Of a stretch of DNA of 64,000 bases, positions 20,470 through 28,611 are shown piece after piece. Origin of the DNA: an uncultured Puniceicoccaceae bacterium (GTDB lineage Bacteria; Verrucomicrobiota; Verrucomicrobiia; Opitutales; Coraliomargaritaceae); assembly GCA_964473765.1 (NCBI GenBank), contig CAYYQG010000001.1, positions 28,667 through 92,666 on the forward strand, written 5' to 3'. Both the position numbers and the translations under genes were made by a program. Each line of letters starts with the position of its first letter. The stretch's first letter is position 1. The notes under the pieces were generated by a model. The model was not told the origin of the DNA. It did no database searches and saw nothing but the letters and a program-made list of their open reading frames with translations.

Positions 20470-20949
20470 ATGTCGCTCACCACCGATAAGTCCCTCGCCA
20501 AGCAGGAGGCCGGCAACTTGCTGCGGGTCTACCAGGACGACCTCCCCGCGATCCTCGACCTGCTCGGTCGCCAACTCAATGTACTCCATACCCGCGCCCA
20601 GGTGATCATCGGCTTTGCCGCCGTGGCCGTAACCACGACCGGCTTCTCCGGCCGCCTCATCGCCGGCACCAGCACCGCCGCCCAGGTCAGCATCATCGCC
20701 GGACTCACTACCATCCTGCTCAGTTGCCTCCTCATTTTCGTACGGGTCATGGCCGTCGACTGGATCATCAGTCGGCGGCTCACCGACGATGCTCGGCGGT
20801 CCGTCGAGGAGATCATCCACTACCGCAACTGCAAGACCCGCGCCTACCGCCTCGGCGGGTACGGCATCGTCATCGGCATCGCCATCTATGCCGTCGCCAT
20901 CAGCCTCATGCTGCTCAACCCCGAGCCGCTGACCGTGCCGGTGCGGTAG
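20470..20949 (+). CDS. small three-TM membrane protein, unknown family
   Basis: ATG preceded by GGAG. Three hydrophobic helices (VIIGFAAVAVTTTGF; VSIIAGLTTILLSCLLIFVRVM; GIVIGIAIYAVAISLMLL). Confidence 0.55.
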   Translation: MSLTTDKSLAKQEAGNLLRVYQDDLPAILDLLGRQLNVLHTRAQVIIGFAAVAVTTTGFSGRLIAGTSTAAQVSIIAGLTTILLSCLLIFVRVMAVDWIISRRLTDDARRSVEEIIHYRNCKTRAYRLGGYGIVIGIAIYAVAISLMLLNPEPLTVPVR

Positions 20950-21024
20950 CGCGCGCGACATGCGGCGCGTGAGGCGCGCAGCCACAACTTGCTGTCCCCT
21001 TTCCCTATAGAGACTACGAAACGC

Positions 21025-21453
21025 TCAGCCCAACGGATTCCGCCAACGCAGGCCACTGAACCTTGTAAAACCCTGATCATTACTTTGTAATTCGGCCTGG
21101 TGTTCGACGGCCAGGGCAGCTAGATAAGCATCCGTTGTCAAATTGCCGCCCGCTCCCAGCTCTTCGATGAAGCCGAGATACAGATCCGGAAATGCCAGCC
21201 CCGGTTCGATCAGAAGCACATTGGTTTGCTCCAACCATTCGCACACGTAGCCCGCCGCCTTCCCTGCCTTCAGGGGCTTCTCCAAAATACGCGGATGGGT
21301 GCTGATGCGAATGAAGCCGTTGAGTGCCACCCAACACAGCGCTACGGGGTTCGTACCGTTGAGGTGGTTTTCCCACCACACTCTGGCGTCCTCATGCCGT
21401 GCATCCGCACGGTTGTGCGCGTAAAGCAGGAGGTTGACGTCGGGTAGAATCAC
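21025..21453 (-). CDS. vapC: type II toxin, PIN-domain ribonuclease (VapC family)
   Basis: MILPDVNLLLYA (first acidic PIN residue), ..LTTDAYLAALA.. and ..SNDQGFTRF. GTG start lies 6 nt after the antitoxin stop. Confidence 0.85.
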   Translation of the reverse strand: MILPDVNLLLYAHNRADARHEDARVWWENHLNGTNPVALCWVALNGFIRISTHPRILEKPLKAGKAAGYVCEWLEQTNVLLIEPGLAFPDLYLGFIEELGAGGNLTTDAYLAALAVEHQAELQSNDQGFTRFSGLRWRNPLG

Positions 21454-21459
21454 GAGGCT

Positions 21460-21717
21460 CTACTTCGCTTCTTTCTTGAGATAGGCTTCGCTCTCCAACT
21501 CGTCCGCGAGCTGGTTCATGCTCCGCTGCCCCACGTCCGAAACATACGTCGACTCGAAGGGCTTCACCCTGTAGGGCTTCGATTTCGCCTTCGGTTGCAT
21601 GCCCAGACCGACGCGCAGCTTTTCGTTCACCACCCGTTTGAATGGCAGCTTCCCTGCCTTCATCTCCTGACGGAGTCGCTCCGCCACATCCGGATCAAGT
21701 GTTAATGTCGTCCGCAT
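21460..21717 (-). CDS. VapB-type antitoxin (ribbon-helix-helix-like, MRTTLTLD class)
   Basis: MRTTLTLDPDVAERLRQ N-terminus, typical of antitoxins paired with PIN toxins. ATG at 21717. Confidence 0.7.
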   Translation of the reverse strand: MRTTLTLDPDVAERLRQEMKAGKLPFKRVVNEKLRVGLGMQPKAKSKPYRVKPFESTYVSDVGQRSMNQLADELESEAYLKKEAK

Positions 21718-21852
21718 ATCCAAAAAGTGCTTTGATCGCGTTTTGATGTCAAGGCATCAAAAGCGGACACCTTCACCATCGCCGCCACGATCGGGCGGGC
21801 CAAAGACCCCGGTTGACGGTTTCCGGCGATGACCGGGCCGAAGCAGTGGTCC

Positions 21853-22740
21853 CTACCGCACCGCCGGTCCATGCTTACGCGGGACCGGGAAGCCGACCGT
21901 CTGACCGGCGTGGCAGGAAAGGATGCGGCCGGGGAAGGCGGCGCCGATCGCGGCGGCCGCCGCGTCCCCGGTGCAATGGTTCGGTCCCAGCCAGGCCGGA
22001 GCGAGCGCCTGCAGCTCCTCGAGGGTCCGGTCGAGGCGGTCTTGGCTGGCGTTGAGCAGGTGCATGCCGCCGACGACGGCGTGGAACGGAAGGTCGGGGC
22101 AAAGGTTGCGGACGTGATTGAGGGTGTTGACCACGCCCGCATGGGCGCAGCCGAGGATCACGACCAGCCCTGCAGCGGTGCGGAAGAAGACGGCCTGGTC
22201 GTCGGCCAGCGGATCCTCCTTGGTCCCCTGCCGGTCGAGGTAGAAGTCGCCGCCGGCGTCCTCGAAGTCCGTTTCCCGGGGGATCTCACCCGTCACCCAG
22301 ACCCCCGCCGCCACTTCCGTCGGCTCTGTGGTCGGCACGCGGGTGGTCGCTTCTGCCTCGATCGCCTCCAAGACGACGGGATAATTGACCGGTTCCATGT
22401 TCCGCCCGCCTTTTCGCTGGTACTTGGCCGCGAGCGCCGCCGGATGATGGAAGACCGGCGCCTTCTTGACCGACTCGGGCAGGCTCGTCCAACCGCCGAG
22501 GTGGTCATAGTGCCCGTGGCTCAGCACGACCGCGTCGACGCCCTCCAGGTCGATCTCCAGCGTGGCCGCGTTGCGCGCCAGCGCCAGCCCCTGCCCGAGG
22601 TCGAAAAGAATCCGCCGGTCGCCCGCCTCGATCAGCCAGCACAGGCCGTGCTCCCCGAGGATGCTCCGGCCGGTGGCGGTGTTCTCCGCCAGCAGCGTGA
22701 CCCGAACGAGAGGAAGTACAGGAAGATCGACCACAGTCAT
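21853..22740 (-). CDS. MBL-fold metallo-hydrolase
   Basis: LSHGHYDHLGG metal-binding motif plus later GCAH and GGMH motifs. Confidence 0.8.
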   Translation of the reverse strand: MTVVDLPVLPLVRVTLLAENTATGRSILGEHGLCWLIEAGDRRILFDLGQGLALARNAATLEIDLEGVDAVVLSHGHYDHLGGWTSLPESVKKAPVFHHPAALAAKYQRKGGRNMEPVNYPVVLEAIEAEATTRVPTTEPTEVAAGVWVTGEIPRETDFEDAGGDFYLDRQGTKEDPLADDQAVFFRTAAGLVVILGCAHAGVVNTLNHVRNLCPDLPFHAVVGGMHLLNASQDRLDRTLEELQALAPAWLGPNHCTGDAAAAAIGAAFPGRILSCHAGQTVGFPVPRKHGPAVR

Positions 22741-22811
22741 GGATTAAAATTACACCCTCCCACCGGCAATGGCAAAAGATGAAACCGATTCGGTGGTTCC
22801 GGCAACCGGTT

Positions 22812-25358
22812 CTAATCCCCCGCATCGAAGAGCGAGGGCTCCCGTGCAAACGCTTCCTGGTGACTGAAGAACCTGTCCTCGATCCGCTGGTGGAGGCCCT
22901 CGATGCCTTCGAGCAAGGCCTCCAGGTCCTTTTCCACCCGCCCGGGGTCCATGCCGGGGAGGGACTTGAGCGGCGTACCCTCGTCGAGGGCGTCGACCTC
23001 GCCCGCCCGCATGCGCGCGAGCGGGAAGCGTTCGATCCGGTTGAGCACGTTCTCAGTCTCGCGCAGGAGGGCCTCGTCGCCTCCACTTTGGCCGGCGATG
23101 GAGAGGGTGCCGAAGCAGTAGCGCAGGTTGCGGAGACAGAAGTTCAGAGAACTGGGGTTGTTGACCCCGCGCACCAGCAAGCGCGCCACCCGGTCGATGT
23201 AGGCGCGCGACCGAAAATGGCGGTGGTAGGCGTCGAGTGAACCGAGCAAGCGGAGGAGCGCGGTCAGGTCGGCGCTCTCCCCCTGCTCGGAGCGGGCGTT
23301 TTCGATGATCCGCGGAAAGGCCACACCGAGGAGGGCGGCGGTGCCGGCGGCCCGTTCAAGGAAGCTGCCGATGCGGTGGAATTGCCAGACGTCATCGTGC
23401 AGCAAGGTGCGCTCGGCGGTCCCGTTGAAGCGGGCCAGCTCGCCCACCACGGTTTCGCTCAGACGCTGCAGGGCATCACTGTGGGGGCGCCCCCGCCGGG
23501 CCTCCCGCAGGATGCGGCTGAGGTCTTCCAACACCTCCCAGCATTCCGGGCCGAGGGTTTCGCGCACTTGCTCGAGACCGGAGTGGGCCCGTTGGATGCA
23601 GGCGGGGACGGAAGCGGGCTCCCCGGGGTCGAGAAGGAGGCTCCGGGAGAATGAGGCGGTGTCGCGCGGGATGCGCCGGCGCCGGGCCAGTTCTGTCTTG
23701 CCGGTGGCGGAGGCGATGGCCTGGAAGAGGGGCCAGTAGCTGCGGCGTTCGGCCCGGCCGAGCTGGTCCCAACGCAGGCGTTCGAGCAGGTTGAACTGGC
23801 GCGCGGTATTTTCGGCCCGTTCGAGGTAGCGCCCGGCCCAGTAATAGGTTTCAGCGATACGGCTGCCGATGGAAAAGCGCTCCTCCCCGGAAGCTGCGCT
23901 GCGGCGGCGGGGCGTGGGGCGGACGACGGCGGCCTCCGGCACCCAGGTATCTTTAAGCCCGCGCGAGACGAGGGTCAGGCGGCGGGTCCGGGACCGGTTG
24001 GAGATCTGGCGGGAAAGCCCGCCCGGCAGCACGATCGGTTCTTGCCCGAGGATGTAGAAGACCCGCAGGAAGACGCTCTCCTCCCGCCAGCACCCGGCGC
24101 GAAAAGCCGGCAACGCCTGGGCTGCGGGCAGGGCCTGCGCCACGAAGAGGTCCGGGCGCCGGCGGGCGGCCCGTTCCAGCGGAGCCAGCTGGCCGGGCGG
24201 CGGCCGTCCGCCCACCCGCGCCCAGAGAGCCTCGTGGTCCTGCACCGGCTTCAAGATCATGGCGCTGCGGCTCTCCTGCACCAGGGCGCGCTGATCGGCG
24301 TCGCCCAGGTGATAGGTGTCGACCGGTTTCAGCACGGCGTGCTGGTTGAGGTAGTAGCCGATGATGCGGTCCGAGTAACGCAGGAGCGCGCGATTGTCGG
24401 CCACCCCGGCGCCGAGGGCGTTGACCACCGTGACCCGCTTTTTGCGCACCACGTTGACCAGACCGGGCACGCCGAAGGCGCCCGTCACGGGCAGGGCGAT
24501 GGGGTCGACGGTGGAGCTTTCCATTCGCCGGTAGATCACATCAATCCGCTCGAGCCCGCGGATGGTCTTGAGGTAGACCCGCCCCTCGCGCACCAGCAGG
24601 TCGCCCGGCCGGGCGATGGAAATCCCCATGTGCCGCGCGATGAACGTCTCCTCGAAATAGGCGTCGGCCGAATCGCCGCGGGTGAGGAGGAGAACATGCG
24701 GGTTTTTCTTGCGCGTTTGCGCCCGCAGCATTTCCAGCAGCAGCGTGCAGAACTCCGCCACCGGGGCGACCCCGGAGGTTTCGAAGAACTCGGGAAACAC
24801 CTGCGCCAGGATGCGGCGGTTCTGCACCACGTGCCCCATGCCGAAGGGCGTCCCCATGTGGTGCTCCACCACCTGCCAGGGACCGTCCTCCGCCTTGACC
24901 AGGTCAAAGGCCCCGAACTGCGAAAATTCGCCGTCGGGCGCGCCGATCCCGCTGAACTGGCGCGAAAAGCCCGGATCGCCGAGCGCCACTTCCACCGGCA
25001 CCACCCGCTCGCGCAGGATCCGTTGCTCTCCATACAGGTCGGCGGCGTAGGCATTGAAAGCCAACGCCCGCTGGACCACCGCCCGGCAGATCAGATCCCA
25101 CTCCCTCGCTGGCAGCACGGCCGGAAACAGGTCCAGCTGCCAGGGCCGGGCCGTCGGGGCGCCTCGCCCGCCCGTGACCTGCAGCCCCAACTCCTCCACC
25201 GCCCGGTCCAGCCACCGCTGGCGCGCGCGCAACTCCGCCCGCGAACAGCCGTCCAGCACCTTCAGGACCGAGGCATAGTCGCGACCAAGCCGGGCGGCGC
25301 CAGGGATGCCGTTTGTCGCGGGTACGGTCGTTGAGGTACGGGTGGAAGCGGGGGGCAT
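22812..25358 (-). CDS. fusion of a circularly permuted type-2 ATP-grasp domain (COG2308-like) and an alpha-E domain (COG2307-like)
   Basis: N-terminal half has ..YLKTIRGLERIDVIYRRMESSTVDP.. and GVPGLVNVVRKKRVTVVNALG. C-terminal half has ..YYWAGRYLERAENTARQFNLL.. and SFLERAAGTA. Start placed at ATG 25358, because the 30 upstream codons are translated heptamer repeat. Confidence 0.8.
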   Translation of the reverse strand: MPPASTRTSTTVPATNGIPGAARLGRDYASVLKVLDGCSRAELRARQRWLDRAVEELGLQVTGGRGAPTARPWQLDLFPAVLPAREWDLICRAVVQRALAFNAYAADLYGEQRILRERVVPVEVALGDPGFSRQFSGIGAPDGEFSQFGAFDLVKAEDGPWQVVEHHMGTPFGMGHVVQNRRILAQVFPEFFETSGVAPVAEFCTLLLEMLRAQTRKKNPHVLLLTRGDSADAYFEETFIARHMGISIARPGDLLVREGRVYLKTIRGLERIDVIYRRMESSTVDPIALPVTGAFGVPGLVNVVRKKRVTVVNALGAGVADNRALLRYSDRIIGYYLNQHAVLKPVDTYHLGDADQRALVQESRSAMILKPVQDHEALWARVGGRPPPGQLAPLERAARRRPDLFVAQALPAAQALPAFRAGCWREESVFLRVFYILGQEPIVLPGGLSRQISNRSRTRRLTLVSRGLKDTWVPEAAVVRPTPRRRSAASGEERFSIGSRIAETYYWAGRYLERAENTARQFNLLERLRWDQLGRAERRSYWPLFQAIASATGKTELARRRRIPRDTASFSRSLLLDPGEPASVPACIQRAHSGLEQVRETLGPECWEVLEDLSRILREARRGRPHSDALQRLSETVVGELARFNGTAERTLLHDDVWQFHRIGSFLERAAGTAALLGVAFPRIIENARSEQGESADLTALLRLLGSLDAYHRHFRSRAYIDRVARLLVRGVNNPSSLNFCLRNLRYCFGTLSIAGQSGGDEALLRETENVLNRIERFPLARMRAGEVDALDEGTPLKSLPGMDPGRVEKDLEALLEGIEGLHQRIEDRFFSHQEAFAREPSLFDAGD

Positions 25359-25364
25359 GGAGTT

Positions 25365-25497
25365 TGAACGTTGAACGTTGAACGTTGAACTTCGAACGTT
25401 GAACTTCGGATTTCGAGCTTCGAACTCCGAACGTCCAACGCTAAACAATCAACGTTCAATGTTCGAAGTTCGAAGTTCAACGTTCGAAGTTCGAAGT
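25365..25497. repeat. array of 19 consecutive 7-bp repeats (GAAC-type then GTTC-type) with dyad symmetry
   Basis: Counted by hand: tgaacgt x3, tgaactt, cgaacgt, tgaactt, cggattt, cgagctt, cgaactc, cgaacgt, ccaacgc, taaacaa, tcaacgt, tcaatgt, tcgaagt x2, tcaacgt, tcgaagt x2. 25387-25408 is the exact reverse complement of 25471-25492. Confidence 0.9.
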
Positions 25498-25541
25498 GAT
25501 TTAAAGTGGCCTTCGGTCGCGGCGGTGGTATCCCGTCCTTC

Positions 25542-26330
25542 ATGGAGGCAATCGATCTGGAGGCGCACTGGGCGAAGCTGCAGGAGCTGGCGCGGGCCAT
25601 GGCGAAGCGCGAGCCGGCGCTGGTGCCGTTGCTCAACGAGGTTATTCTGGAGCGCACGTCGTTCGCGGAGTGCCTGACCTATCGTCTGACCCGCAAGCTG
25701 GTCAACCACGCCGCCTCGGTGGAGGTCCTGCACGGGTTGTTCATGGAGGCCTTCGAGACTGAGGAGACCATCCTGCGGAATGTCGCCTGCGACATGCTGG
25801 CGGTCTGCGACCGGGACCCGGCCTGCCTCGACCCGCTCACTCCCCTGCTCTACTTCAAAGGCTTCCAGGCGCTCGTCTGCTACCGGGTGGCACACCACCT
25901 GTGGAGCGAGGGGAGGCGCGAGCTGGCGCTTTACCTGCAGAGCCTCATTTCGGAAACCTTCGCGGTCGACATCCACCCGGCGGCGCGGATCGGGTGCGGC
26001 ATCCTCCTCGACCATGCGACCGGATTCGTGGCGGGCGAAACCTGCGTGATCGAGCATGACGTTTCCATCCTGCACGAAGTCACCCTCGGCGGGACCGGCA
26101 AGGACCGCGGGGACCGTCATCCCAAGGTACGTTCCGGCGTACTGATCGGGGCGGGGGCGAAGGTGCTCGGCAACGTCGAGATCGGCGAGGGGGCCAAGGT
26201 CGGGGCCGGCAGTGTGGTGCTCAAGGACGTGCCGCCCCACACCAGTGTGGCCGGGGTGCCGGCACAGGTCATCGGCCGGACGCACGAGGTGTCGCCGGCA
26301 CTGGGAATGGACCACAAGCTCGACGCCTGA
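25542..26330 (+). CDS. cysE: serine O-acetyltransferase
   Basis: SATase N-terminal helical domain (PLLYFKGFQALVCYRVAHHLW) and hexapeptide C-terminal part (IHPAARIG.GILLDHATGFV.GET..IE..VSILH.VTLGG). ATG at 25542. Confidence 0.85.
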   Translation: MEAIDLEAHWAKLQELARAMAKREPALVPLLNEVILERTSFAECLTYRLTRKLVNHAASVEVLHGLFMEAFETEETILRNVACDMLAVCDRDPACLDPLTPLLYFKGFQALVCYRVAHHLWSEGRRELALYLQSLISETFAVDIHPAARIGCGILLDHATGFVAGETCVIEHDVSILHEVTLGGTGKDRGDRHPKVRSGVLIGAGAKVLGNVEIGEGAKVGAGSVVLKDVPPHTSVAGVPAQVIGRTHEVSPALGMDHKLDA

Positions 26331-28561
26331 TGCTTTTTATCGCGGCAGGCAGCGGGCGTGAAGCCCTCTGGGCGCTGTGTCTGGCGGTGGGCGCGGGGTG
26401 TCTTTTGACCGCGCTCTCGCGGCGCGCGCACCTGCCCACCATCGTCCTCCTGCTCCTCGGCGGCTTCGTCCTCGGCCCGGAGGGTCTCGGCCTGCTGGAG
26501 CCGGACGCCCTCGGAGAATTCCTTCCCATCACGGTCTCGCTGGCCGTCGGCTTGATCCTCTTCGAGGGCGGGCTCACGCTCAACATCAAGGATTTCGGCC
26601 ACACCTCCACGGTCATCCGGCGCCTGCTTTCCATCGGCGTGCTCGTCACCTGGCTGGGCTCGGCCGCCGCAGTCTACCTGGTTTTCGACGTTTCCCCGTC
26701 CTTCGCCCTGCTCATGGGCAGCCTCATTATCGTCACCGGCCCCACCGTGATCGTCCCGCTGCTGCGCAGGATCCGGGTCAAGCAACGTATCGGCAGCGTC
26801 CTTCACTGGGAGGGGGTGCTCATCGACTCGATCGGCGTCTTCATCGCCATTCTCTGTTTCGAGTGGGTTGTCGAAGGCGGCGGCGACGTGGCCGTGCAGA
26901 ACTTCATCATCCGCGTGGTCAGCGGCGGACTCATCGGCGTGGTCGGCGGCTACCTCATCTACTGGTGCATGCGGCACGGCGTGGTGCCGGACGATACGGT
27001 CAACGCCTTTGTTGTGGCCGGTGCCATGCTCGTCTTCGGCGTCACCGAGCTGGTCAAGCCCGAGGCCGGCCTGCTCTCCGTCACCATCGCGGGGCTTATC
27101 GTGGGCCTGAAAAAACCGCGGCAGTTGCGCGAGGTGAAGGCCTTCAAAGCGGAGGTCGTCGACCTTCTTATCGGCCTGCTTTTCCTCCTGCTGGTGGCCC
27201 GCCTGGAGCTGGCTCAATTCCGCGCCTTCTTCGACGCCGGAGGCGGCTGGGTGCTGCTCGCGGTCATCCTCATTATCCGCCCGGTCAGCGTCGTTCTCTC
27301 GTCGTGGGGGACTCCGCTCAAATGGAACGAGCGCGCGCTCCTCAGCTGGGTGGCACCGCGCGGAGTGGTGGCCGCGTCCATGGCCTCCCTCTTCGCGCTC
27401 TCCCTGAACGAGCGGGGCAGCACGGTGGGCGACCCCGCCCTCCTCGAATCGTTTACCTACTCGGTCATCTGCGCCACCGTCCTCATCCAGGGCCTCTCAG
27501 CCGGCTGGGTCGGGCGCATCCTCGGGGTTCAGCGCCCGTCGCCCAACGACTGGGTCATCGCCGGCGCCCATCACTTCGGCCGCGAATTGGCCGGGCGCCT
27601 GGCCGACGGCGGCGACGAGCAGGAAATCATTTTAATCGACACCAACGCCCGCAACGTCGCCATCGCCCGCGAGCAGGGCCTGACCGCCCTGCACGCCGAC
27701 GCCAAGGAGGCGACCAAGCTGGCCGAGGAGGAACAGACGCTTTTCGGTGCCGGCTACCTCCTCGCCCTGACCGATAATTACGAACTCAACCAGGTCATCA
27801 TGCAGCGCTGGGCGGAGGAGATCCCCAGCTCCAACGTCCACGGCTGGATCCCGGTCGATAGTTCCGAGACCGAGGACCAGGTGACCGGCCAGGCCGTCTT
27901 CGGCAATCTCGCCCGCCCCGCCGTCATCGGCAGCGAAATCATGCAGGGCGAAAGCACCCTCGAGACGATAAAATGGGAAGAGGGCAAAACCCTCCCTACC
28001 GGAGACTGGCACCCCCTCTTCATCCGCCGGGGGCGAACCTTGCGCCCGGTTCCCGCCGACGCCGCCCTCAAAGACATGGTCCGGGCGGACGACGAGGTTC
28101 TGTGCCTCCGCCGTTCCGAAGGCTTCCTCCTGCGCGCCCTTTCGGCCGGCGCCTTCGCCCGCGTCGAGAGCGAAAGCTTCGGCGACCTCTACGCCCAGCT
28201 CGCCGTGCTCGCCACCGAGATGGTCGAGGACCTTTCGGTCGAAGCCATCCTCGACGACCTCGGCACCCAGGAAAAAATCTTCCCCGCTTTCATGGGCCAT
28301 GGGATCGCCATCCCCCATGTCTACAGCGATGCCCTCGACCACCGCATCTGCTTCGCCGTGTCGCTCGTCAGTGGCCTCCCCATCCCCCGCGACGAGCAGC
28401 CCGTCGACTTCCTCTTCTTCCTCATCAGCCCGGCCGGCGACAGCGAGGGACACCTCGCCACCCTCGCCGAAATCGCCCGTGCCTGCCACGCGGAACAACT
28501 GCGCAACCGCATCCGCGAAGCCCATTCCCTCGACGCCGTCATCGAAGTGCTCTCGCATTGA
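26330..28561 (+). CDS. CPA1-type cation:proton antiporter fused to RCK (TrkA-N/TrkA-C-like) and PTS-EIIA(type 2, PtsN-like) domains
   Basis: About 400 aa of polytopic Na+/H+ exchanger sequence. Then WVIAGAHHFGRELAGRL (degenerate Rossmann), a TrkA-C-like segment, and a C-terminal EIIA-2 module with GHGIAIPHV (phosphorylatable-His context). Its ATG overlaps the cysE stop (TGATG at 26328-26332). Confidence 0.8.
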   Translation: MLFIAAGSGREALWALCLAVGAGCLLTALSRRAHLPTIVLLLLGGFVLGPEGLGLLEPDALGEFLPITVSLAVGLILFEGGLTLNIKDFGHTSTVIRRLLSIGVLVTWLGSAAAVYLVFDVSPSFALLMGSLIIVTGPTVIVPLLRRIRVKQRIGSVLHWEGVLIDSIGVFIAILCFEWVVEGGGDVAVQNFIIRVVSGGLIGVVGGYLIYWCMRHGVVPDDTVNAFVVAGAMLVFGVTELVKPEAGLLSVTIAGLIVGLKKPRQLREVKAFKAEVVDLLIGLLFLLLVARLELAQFRAFFDAGGGWVLLAVILIIRPVSVVLSSWGTPLKWNERALLSWVAPRGVVAASMASLFALSLNERGSTVGDPALLESFTYSVICATVLIQGLSAGWVGRILGVQRPSPNDWVIAGAHHFGRELAGRLADGGDEQEIILIDTNARNVAIAREQGLTALHADAKEATKLAEEEQTLFGAGYLLALTDNYELNQVIMQRWAEEIPSSNVHGWIPVDSSETEDQVTGQAVFGNLARPAVIGSEIMQGESTLETIKWEEGKTLPTGDWHPLFIRRGRTLRPVPADAALKDMVRADDEVLCLRRSEGFLLRALSAGAFARVESESFGDLYAQLAVLATEMVEDLSVEAILDDLGTQEKIFPAFMGHGIAIPHVYSDALDHRICFAVSLVSGLPIPRDEQPVDFLFFLISPAGDSEGHLATLAEIARACHAEQLRNRIREAHSLDAVIEVLSH

Positions 28562-28611
28562 CAGTAACCAATCGGGCGCTTTTTATACTTTAAGAGTATA
28601 AAACCTATCTT

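Noticed and set aside
20329-20985. N-terminal 219 codons of the 572-aa track ORF 19267-20985
   Set aside because: The dehydrogenase homology begins near MNSHPR/MPILPE. The upstream part is Asp/Gly/Ala-rich junk and lies antisense to a better + strand membrane-protein gene that has a Shine-Dalgarno-like GGAG.
25359-25448. 30-codon N-terminal extension (MFSVGRSEFEARNPKFNVRSSTFNVQRSNS) of the ATP-grasp ORF, and ORFs 25262-25657(-), 25378-25677(+) and 37562-37918(+)
   Set aside because: These peptides are just translations of the 7-bp repeat arrays (the FEVRSS/FNVQRS pattern). An in-frame ATG at 25358 gives a sensible start.
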